The notes under the pieces were generated by a model. That model was given only the letters and a program-made list of their open reading frames with translations. It did not search any database and had not been told where the DNA came from. Positions 57,596-64,000 of a stretch of DNA of 64,000 nt are shown piece after piece. The DNA lies in IMG/VR virus record IMGVR_UViG_3300028596_000009, positions 1-64,000 of that record; one strand, given 5' to 3'. The first letter of the stretch is position 1, and each line of letters begins with the position of its first letter. The stretch is from a virus. The position numbers and the translations under genes are program-made.

Positions 57596-57997
57596 ATGAA
57601 CCGCACCGAGTACAGCATCCTGCTGGACGCCATGATCCCGCCGCAGATCGACAGCTACGCCTTCCGTGAGGGCCCCCGCATGCTGACGCTGCTGCTGGGC
57701 TACACCTGCGACCGCAGCACTTTTCACGTCTACCTGAAGGACAGCCTGATCCACCGCCTCGTGTTCGACGAGAAGGCGCAGGGGTCCGTGGTCCGCTCCT
57801 ACGACTACTTCCGCGCCTGGGACGCGCTGCGCCTGGTCCCGGACAAGCGGGTCTACCCCGAGTCCACCACGGCCCTGATGGCCCTGCTGCTGAAGCGGTC
57901 CGGCGCTGACGTTCCGTACCTGCCGTTCGACGACAACCGGTTCAAGCGCGTCGAGAACTTCCACCTGCACGCCTCGATCCGTGAGGAGATCGGGTGA
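57596..57997 (+). CDS. HVYLKD..IHRL family protein 1
   Basis: TLLLGYT...FHVYLKDSLIHRL. Confidence 0.8.
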   Translation: MNRTEYSILLDAMIPPQIDSYAFREGPRMLTLLLGYTCDRSTFHVYLKDSLIHRLVFDEKAQGSVVRSYDYFRAWDALRLVPDKRVYPESTTALMALLLKRSGADVPYLPFDDNRFKRVENFHLHASIREEIG

Positions 57998-58167
57998 ACC
58001 GGGACGAGATCCGCGCCATGATCCGCGAGGAACTGGTGGCCGTCCTGAAGAACCTCGCCAGATCCTCCACCGCCGTCTGGGACTACAACACCGAGATGTG
58101 GGGGCCGCCGGACATGGAGAGCGTGTTCCACAGCGCGGCCGACGAACTGGAGAGGAGGCTGACGTGA
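57994..58167 (+). CDS. hypothetical protein
   Basis: GTGA overlaps at both ends. Confidence 0.55.
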   Translation: MNRDEIRAMIREELVAVLKNLARSSTAVWDYNTEMWGPPDMESVFHSAADELERRLT

Positions 58168-58553
58168 ACCGCGAGCAGCTCGCCACCGTGCGGACCCTGG
58201 GCGGCAAGGCCCAGACGATCCGTGCCGACGATCTGGTGCACGACCTGGACCGGACTCTGCTCGTCGGCTCGATGGCCAACGGCCACGGTATCCACATCTA
58301 CCTGAAGGGCCACGAGATCCACCGGCTGGTCCACGACCACGCCATGGGTCTGAGCGAGTACACCCACCGCCCCACCTGGTTTGTCGGTGAGCTGGTCCAC
58401 GGACACTGCTTCCGGGCCGAGTGGTCGGACTTCGACTTCGTGTGCCAGGCGGCGGCGAAGGGGGCCTGGTTCTTCTGGCTCGGGTTCGTCGACTCGCTGT
58501 ACCGCCAGTCCTGGCACAGGGACTTCCAGGGACCGATCAGGGAGGAATTCTGA
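58164..58553 (+). CDS. HVYLKD..IHRL family protein 2
   Basis: RTLLVG...HIYLKGHEIHRL. Confidence 0.8.
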   Translation: MNREQLATVRTLGGKAQTIRADDLVHDLDRTLLVGSMANGHGIHIYLKGHEIHRLVHDHAMGLSEYTHRPTWFVGELVHGHCFRAEWSDFDFVCQAAAKGAWFFWLGFVDSLYRQSWHRDFQGPIREEF

Positions 58554-58948
58554 TGGACCTCTCCGAGATGGAGGAGGTGGAGAGGATGAAGAATCCCGAC
58601 ACCATGATCACGTGGGACGCCACCCCTTCCCTGCACGAACGGACGCTTCTGTGCGGCGTGACCACGCAGCGCGAGGTGTTCCATGTCTACCTCAAGGACC
58701 GTCTGATCCACCGCTTGATCTACCGGTCGGACACCGACCAGGTCATCGACTACGCGGCCTACCCGGCGTGGAATGCGAACCGTCTTGTGCCGGAGGGCGG
58801 CATGGTCCACCCCGAGTACACCTCGGGCGCTTTCGCCCGGGAGCTGGCCGCCCGGAACGTGGAGTTCGAGTTCGGGCCCTACTTCGACCACCTGTACTGC
58901 GAAGCGCGGAGACGTGACTTCCAGGCCAGAACCAAGGAGGAATTCTGA
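58553..58948 (+). CDS. HVYLKD..IHRL family protein 3
   Basis: RTLLCG...FHVYLKDRLIHRL. Confidence 0.8.
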   Translation: MDLSEMEEVERMKNPDTMITWDATPSLHERTLLCGVTTQREVFHVYLKDRLIHRLIYRSDTDQVIDYAAYPAWNANRLVPEGGMVHPEYTSGAFARELAARNVEFEFGPYFDHLYCEARRRDFQARTKEEF

Positions 58949-59304
58949 TGGAACGCAAGGACATCTACGTCGGTATGAAGGTCAAGGTCTTCGACGTCAA
59001 CGGGCGCCGCCTCGGTCAGCCCGACGAGGGCTGGGACGGTGAGGTTGTGGCCGTCCGGCGCACCAAGTGCGACATCGAGTACGGCAGCGGCGACCCGCGC
59101 CAGCGGACGTTCGACATCGACAGCCAGCACGTCGAGGACAACTACCGACACCGCTACTTCCGGACGCTGGAGGAGGCCGAGACGGTCGCACGCACCAGCG
59201 CTGCCCGTGCGGTCATCAACGACAAGATCGTCCGTGAGGGCATGTCCCGCATCCCGCTGGAGAAGCTGGAGGCCATCGCCGCCATCCTCCAGGAGGAGAC
59301 GTGA
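58948..59304 (+). CDS. SH3/KOW-like beta-barrel protein
   Basis: DIYVGMKVKV...GEVVAV.R. Confidence 0.6.
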   Translation: MERKDIYVGMKVKVFDVNGRRLGQPDEGWDGEVVAVRRTKCDIEYGSGDPRQRTFDIDSQHVEDNYRHRYFRTLEEAETVARTSAARAVINDKIVREGMSRIPLEKLEAIAAILQEET

Positions 59305-59543
59305 GGCGCCGGGCGCTGGAGCGCAAGGGGACCTGCCGGGTCTTCTGGGGATCCCACGGATGCTCCAAGCAGCGCGGACACATTGGGCAGCACGTGTGCT
59401 CCACAGGGTGCATCCCGTGCCCTGAGCAAGGGGCGTTCGGATCGGACTGGAACGAACAGTCCTACGCCGAGCAGCTCCAGGACTGGAGGCGGCACCGCGC
59501 CGCCATCGGCAAGCCGTCGGATCTCGACCGGGATCCCTGGTGA
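59301..59543 (+). CDS. Cys/His-rich protein
   Basis: GTGA overlap. Confidence 0.6.
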   Translation: MRRRALERKGTCRVFWGSHGCSKQRGHIGQHVCSTGCIPCPEQGAFGSDWNEQSYAEQLQDWRRHRAAIGKPSDLDRDPW

Positions 59544-59628
59544 GCCACTGGTACGGGGCCTTCTGCCCCACGTGTGCCGCCTTCAGCAACACCATCAGGT
59601 AACACCACACAGGAAAGCGAGAAAGACC

Positions 59629-59793
59629 ATGGGTTGGCTCAAGCCGTCCTCGTCCACCACCACCACCACCGAGGGGCAGTCCCCCACCGTCGGCGCCAAG
59701 CAGGACGCCAAGGTCAAGAAGAACGAGCGCGACGGCATCACCTTCTGGTCCGAGTCCACCTCGGAGAACAAGGCGCCGGAGGTCAAGAAGTGA
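59629..59793 (+). CDS. small disordered protein
   Basis: MGWLKP... Confidence 0.55.
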   Translation: MGWLKPSSSTTTTTEGQSPTVGAKQDAKVKKNERDGITFWSESTSENKAPEVKK

Positions 59794-59915
59794 GCGACTA
59801 CAACGAGCCGGTTCCGGACGTTCCCGACCTGGGCGCCGAGCTGGTCCAGCAGTGTCACGACCTGCACGCGGCGATGCACGCGGCGATCGATGCCCGCGAG
59901 GAGGAGCAGAAGTGA
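59790..59915 (+). CDS. hypothetical protein
   Basis: GTGA overlap. Confidence 0.5.
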   Translation: MSDYNEPVPDVPDLGAELVQQCHDLHAAMHAAIDAREEEQK

Positions 59916-60136
59916 GCGAACAGCCGGACTGGTCGAAGTTCCCCGACTCGATGCTCGTGGCCGTGGCCGGGGAGATGGCTCTGGAGCGGAAGCACTCCGA
60001 GGAGTTCGCCGAGGCCCTGCGTGCGATCGGCTTCCCCGAGACCCTGGCTGCGGTTCGCGAGGGCAGGGTCAGGCCGTTCATGGAGGCCGTCGAAGAGGAG
60101 TGGGCGAACCTGAGCGCCGAGGGGGAGCAGGGCTGA
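59912..60136 (+). CDS. hypothetical protein
   Basis: GTGA overlap. Confidence 0.6.
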   Translation: MSEQPDWSKFPDSMLVAVAGEMALERKHSEEFAEALRAIGFPETLAAVREGRVRPFMEAVEEEWANLSAEGEQG

Positions 60137-60291
60137 TGGGCTTCAAGGTGAACTGGTCGAACTACCCGGCGACCGCTGCCCGGGTCGAGGAGAAGAAGTT
60201 ATCGGCGGAGGCCGGGCAGTACCTGGCCTCGCAGTCCGGTGAGGAGTCGTCCGGCAACAGCCAGGCGCATACCGAGGAGGGGGAGGAGTGA
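60136..60291 (+). CDS. small protein (TTA codon)
   Basis: TGATG overlap. Confidence 0.5.
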   Translation: MGFKVNWSNYPATAARVEEKKLSAEAGQYLASQSGEESSGNSQAHTEEGEE

Positions 60292-60550
60292 CGCTCGACC
60301 GCATCCCCGTGAACCACGGACACAGCGAGGACGGGTCGACGGGCGGCGGTTCGGATACCACCGAGCCGGACGGACATCCCGAGGACTGACCTCGGCACAC
60401 AGGACGCGGCTGCTGAATGTCGGCGGTCGCGCCCACCCGTGCCTGACACTTTCTAACCGGAGACGGTTGCGAAGTGTCGGTGCGTGTGTCACTATCTACT
60501 TAGACGATCGCCAAGGGGAACGGCGGTCCAAGGAAACGGAGAAAGAACAG

Positions 60551-61186
60551 ATGACCACGGTTGACTTCAACAAGCACCTCGCGAGCGGCAACTCGCTCAC
60601 CCTCGACGGCCACATCCGACTGGGCGCCGCGTGGGACGTCTCCTCCCGGGGTCAGGGCGGCCTGAAGGGCATGCTCTCCCGCTTCGTCGGCGCCGACATC
60701 GACGCGGTCGCCCTCATCGTGGAGAACGGCCAGCCCACCGCTCTCGCGGGCCTGAACAACAACGACCCGCTGGACAACGGTTCCGTCCTGCACTCCGGCG
60801 ACAACGAGAACGGCAAGGCCGACGGCGACGACGAGATCATCGACCTCCACCTCGGCCGCATTCCGTCCGGTGTCGACAAGATCTACCTCGCCATCACGGC
60901 CTACAAGAAGATCAACCAGGCCATGAACAAGATCACCGGAACGTCCGGCTTCGGCGGCGCCGACAACCCCAAGTTCAAGCTCTACGACATGGCCTCCGAC
61001 GCCAAGAACCCGATCTTCACCGTGAAGCCCCCGATGACCTCCACCGAGAACACGTGGGTCATGGGCGTTCTCACCCCCACGCCCGGGAAGCCCGGCTTCT
61101 GGGAGCTGACGAAGGTCGACAAGCGCATCGACGTCAAGTACGACGACCGCGACGACCTCGTCCGCCAGATCATGGCCTCCGCCTGA
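60551..61186 (+). CDS. terD: TerD-family stress protein
   Basis: G..WD, DIDAVA, HSGDN..G..DGDDE.I...L..IP.GV.KI. Confidence 0.85.
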   Translation: MTTVDFNKHLASGNSLTLDGHIRLGAAWDVSSRGQGGLKGMLSRFVGADIDAVALIVENGQPTALAGLNNNDPLDNGSVLHSGDNENGKADGDDEIIDLHLGRIPSGVDKIYLAITAYKKINQAMNKITGTSGFGGADNPKFKLYDMASDAKNPIFTVKPPMTSTENTWVMGVLTPTPGKPGFWELTKVDKRIDVKYDDRDDLVRQIMASA

Positions 61187-61273
61187 CCTGCGAGTCCTCT
61201 CCGTCTTCGGCACACCGCCGGAGGCGGGGGGAATCCGCAGATCATCGCGGTACAACCGAAGGAGAAAGACAGC

Positions 61274-61939
61274 ATGGGTTTCTTCACCAAGAAGGACAAG
61301 GACATCCCCGCCGACATGGGTGCGCTGGTCGAGAAGGCCCGCATCTCCCTGGTCAAGCACGGCATCGGCGACCTGAAGGCGGCCGTCTACCTGGTCCTGG
61401 ATCACTCGGGATCCATGTCGAGCTACTACCGCAACGGTGACGTGCAGAAGCTTGCCGAGCGGGCGCTGGGCCTGTCGGCCAACCTCGACGACGACGGCAT
61501 CGTGCCGGTCGTGCTGTTCGCCGACCACGCCGAGAAGATCCAGGAAGTCAGCGTCACCGACTACATCGGCGCCGCCGAGCGGCTGTCCTCCCAGGCGCAG
61601 TGGGGAGGTACCAACTACATCGCCGCCATCGACGCCATGGTGGAGCACTACGGGAAGTCCGGCTCCACCGACCCGGCCCTCGTCATCTTCCAGACCGACG
61701 GCGACCCCGCCTTCAGGGCCGAGACCACCGAGAAGATTCGGTCGCTGCGCGGCAAGAACGTCTTCATCGCCTTCGTGTCCTTCGGTTCGAGCGTGCCCTA
61801 CCTCAACACCCTCGACAACCTCGGCACCGGCCGCGAGGACATCGTCTCGCACTTCAGGGCGCCGAAGCCGTCGCAGGTGACCGACGAGGAGCTGTACGAC
61901 GGCATCACCGGCGAGTTCGCTCGGTGGGTCAAGAGCTGA
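61274..61939 (+). CDS. vWA protein (TerF C-terminal-like)
   Basis: YLVLDHSGSM, LDDDG, GGTNY, IFQTDG, L..LDNL. Confidence 0.85.
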   Translation: MGFFTKKDKDIPADMGALVEKARISLVKHGIGDLKAAVYLVLDHSGSMSSYYRNGDVQKLAERALGLSANLDDDGIVPVVLFADHAEKIQEVSVTDYIGAAERLSSQAQWGGTNYIAAIDAMVEHYGKSGSTDPALVIFQTDGDPAFRAETTEKIRSLRGKNVFIAFVSFGSSVPYLNTLDNLGTGREDIVSHFRAPKPSQVTDEELYDGITGEFARWVKS

Positions 61940-62038
61940 TTTCGCATCAGAAACACCTAGTAACACCCGCTGAAAAGCGGTAGGGTTCCACTACTTCCTG
62001 ACGGCATCGGATGGCGAAGGCCGGTGTCGTCGGGTTCA

Positions 62039-62112
62039 CGAGATGTAGCTCAGCCTGGTAGAGCACCGCCCTGATAAGGCGTTTGTCGCTGGTTCGAATC
62101 CAGCCCTCTCGA
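62039..62112 (+). tRNA. tRNA-Ile(GAT)
   Basis: Cloverleaf: D-arm GCTC/GAGC, anticodon loop CTGATAA, T-arm GCTGG-TTCGAAT-CCAGC; no encoded CCA. Confidence 0.85.
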
Positions 62113-62116
62113 CAAG

Positions 62117-62149
62117 GAACCCGCCCTCGGCTCCCCCGGGGCGGGTTTC
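62117..62149 (+). terminator. Hairpin downstream of the tRNA
   Basis: GAACCCGCCCTCGG...CCGGGGCGGGTTTC. Confidence 0.55.
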
Positions 62150-62177
62150 GTCATATCCGGACAACGAAAGGACCGAC

Positions 62178-62930
62178 ATGCAGGAAGTTATAGGGGGGTT
62201 CGTCAAGACACTCGAAGAGTTCGAGACGCATCTGAACCGACACGGCTGGACGACCTCGCGCGAGGAACTCCGGTCCAAGGACAAGCCCCTGCTCAAGCAG
62301 ACCGTGACAGGGCGACAGGGCGAGTTCTGGGCCCGAGCCGTCTACACGCGGCGCAAGGTGGAGACCGACGCCGACCAGATCCACTTCGACTACACAGGCG
62401 CCTACCTGCCCGAGGGCGGGGACCAGCCACGGTGGTCGGTGTTCAAGACCTACGACGACATCATGCGGTTCGTCCACGAGTACGACATCACGCTCCTGGT
62501 GGCTTCCGGGCCCCCACCCACGCCGAAGTCCCATCAGTGCAGGTGCGGGAAGGTCCGTCACACCAAGGCGATAGCTCACGGGATCCTGCGCAAGTCGCAG
62601 CGAGAACGGCGCCGCATGGGACCGAGCAGCAACCGGATGGAAGAGCGGGTCTACGCCTGCCCGACCGACAGCAAGGTCTTCCATCTGACCTCACGCAAGC
62701 ACTGGACCGAGGAGACACCCGAGGGGAGGGAGAAGACCGATGGGCGCAGCACCGGCGATCCGGATGCCAGCGGAGTTGGAGCAGTTCGACCGGCGGATAC
62801 GGCTGATGGGGTGGGCGACCGAGCGGTGCCTGGAAAGGGACGACGTCAACCTCAGGTACCGAAGGCACGTGACCGCTCGCCGGGGCGGCTTCCGGGTGAA
62901 GGTCCTGATGGTGAAGAAGGTGATGTCTGA
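62178..62930 (+). CDS. Zn-binding protein (paralog of next gene; true stop likely near 62741)
   Basis: CRCGK...RVYACPTDSKVFHLTS. Confidence 0.65.
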   Translation: MQEVIGGFVKTLEEFETHLNRHGWTTSREELRSKDKPLLKQTVTGRQGEFWARAVYTRRKVETDADQIHFDYTGAYLPEGGDQPRWSVFKTYDDIMRFVHEYDITLLVASGPPPTPKSHQCRCGKVRHTKAIAHGILRKSQRERRRMGPSSNRMEERVYACPTDSKVFHLTSRKHWTEETPEGREKTDGRSTGDPDASGVGAVRPADTADGVGDRAVPGKGRRQPQVPKARDRSPGRLPGEGPDGEEGDV

Positions 62931-63303
62931 CGGATCGTCGATCACCAACACCTGGCATCTCGGCTCGTACACCTTGAGCGGCAAGCCGCACTGGTGCTAC
63001 CTCAGGAGCGAGTACGACATGTGGGCCTTCGCCGAGACCTTCGACACCAGCCTGCTGATCTCCCCGTTCACCCACGAGCCTGTCATCTTCCGTGTGCCGC
63101 CTCCCGCACCTCCTCCGGAGAACGTCTCGAAGTGCATGTGCGAGAAGGAGGAGCTGACGGAGCGGGAAGCCCGTGAGGCTGTCGAGCAGGCGCTGATCCG
63201 CAGGGTCCTGCGGGGGTCAAGGAGACGCCAGGAGCGATCCCACTACCCGTGCCCCACTCAGCCCAAGGTTTTCCATCTCACGTCCCAGGAGGACAGGTAC
63301 TGA
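62740..63303 (+). CDS. Zn-binding protein (paralog of previous gene)
   Basis: CMCEK...YPCPTQPKVFHLTS. Confidence 0.7.
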   Translation: MGAAPAIRMPAELEQFDRRIRLMGWATERCLERDDVNLRYRRHVTARRGGFRVKVLMVKKVMSDGSSITNTWHLGSYTLSGKPHWCYLRSEYDMWAFAETFDTSLLISPFTHEPVIFRVPPPAPPPENVSKCMCEKEELTEREAREAVEQALIRRVLRGSRRRQERSHYPCPTQPKVFHLTSQEDRY

Positions 63304-63581
63304 TGAGTGGCACATCAAGGCGCCACCGGCGTCGCGATCCTCACTGGAGGACGCTTCGCGACCTGCTCAACGACGGGCGCCCAGGCCCCACGGCTGCGCA
63401 GATCACGCACACCCTCTTCGACGCCGGGGTGACCTCTCCGGAGAAACTGCGCCGGATGACGCCCGCTGAAGTGAAGGCGATCGAGGGCCTGGGGGCCAAG
63501 GCGCAAACCCGAGTGATCTTGCTCAGGAAACGTCTGGACGACGCGGCTCGATCCAGCACCGACACGGACAAGGAGAACTGA
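63303..63581 (+). CDS. HhH / RNAP alpha-CTD-like protein
   Basis: LFDAGVTSPEKLRRMTPAEVKAIEGLGAK. Confidence 0.6.
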   Translation: MSGTSRRHRRRDPHWRTLRDLLNDGRPGPTAAQITHTLFDAGVTSPEKLRRMTPAEVKAIEGLGAKAQTRVILLRKRLDDAARSSTDTDKEN

Positions 63582-63582
63582 C

Positions 63583-63975
63583 ATGAGCGCATGGTCCGAC
63601 CGTTTGATGCAGGGCTCTCGCGCCAGGATCGTCGATCACGGCAACGGAGTAGTCGTCCACGGATCCGGCGAGCCGGTGCTGTCCGTGCTGGACGTCCTGG
63701 GCGCCGAGCTGGAGGACATCTTCGTCATCGGCATCAACGACCGGTGCGGATCCCTGGTCGTCCCCACCCAGGAGAAGGCGGAGCGCCTGGGTGTGCTGAT
63801 GAACCCCGCCTACAAGGTGAAGATCAAGGCTCCGGAGCGAGGTACCAACTGGAAGGTCGACTACGACCAGAGGAACCTCGACGGCACCGTGGACAGCAAC
63901 TTCATCATCAACGTCACGCTGAAGGACGGGCGTGTCGTCATGAAGGACGGCAAGTGGATCGAGAAGGAGAACTGA
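63583..63975 (+). CDS. hypothetical protein
   Basis: RBS AAGGAG. Confidence 0.75.
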   Translation: MSAWSDRLMQGSRARIVDHGNGVVVHGSGEPVLSVLDVLGAELEDIFVIGINDRCGSLVVPTQEKAERLGVLMNPAYKVKIKAPERGTNWKVDYDQRNLDGTVDSNFIINVTLKDGRVVMKDGKWIEKEN

Positions 63976-64000
63976 CATGGCGGAGCTGACGAAGGTGAAC

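Noticed and set aside
58521-58950. Diversity-generating retroelement VR/TR
   Set aside because: No reverse transcriptase; differences are not adenine-specific; explained by paralogy.

Overview
A high-GC, gene-dense, phage-like segment, most consistent with a large actinobacterial (Streptomyces-type) phage or phage-plasmid. No terminase, capsid, portal, integrase or DNA polymerase gene is recognisable in the window. (1) 1-42 kb holds about 110 short, co-oriented (+) ORFs, mostly of unknown function, with strong purine-rich RBSs. Recognisable members are a ParB/DGQHR protein, an RNAP alpha-CTD-like protein, a metallophosphoesterase, a collagen/C1q-like protein and a vWA protein. About 30 gene junctions in this arm carry a previously unnamed element: a covarying GC-rich stem that starts at or near the upstream stop codon and ends in a conserved (C/G)TTATC(G/A) just before the next RBS. 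This is the top candidate for a novel system (RNA processing or translation sites, or gene-cassette shuffling sites). (2) 42.4-50.8 kb is a glycan-synthesis island: four glycosyltransferases (two GnT-I/GT13-like), two methyltransferases, an NDP-sugar epimerase and a thioredoxin, with an embedded AbrB-RelE toxin-antitoxin pair. (3) 51-54 kb has a lipoprotein, an HTH replication-initiator-like gene with internal palindromic repeats and a truncated paralog, near an apparent G/C skew switch. (4) 54-64 kb is a second run of small + genes with tandem paralogs, TerD-vWA and tRNA-Ile(GAT). All functional calls come from motif recognition by eye; no searches were run.
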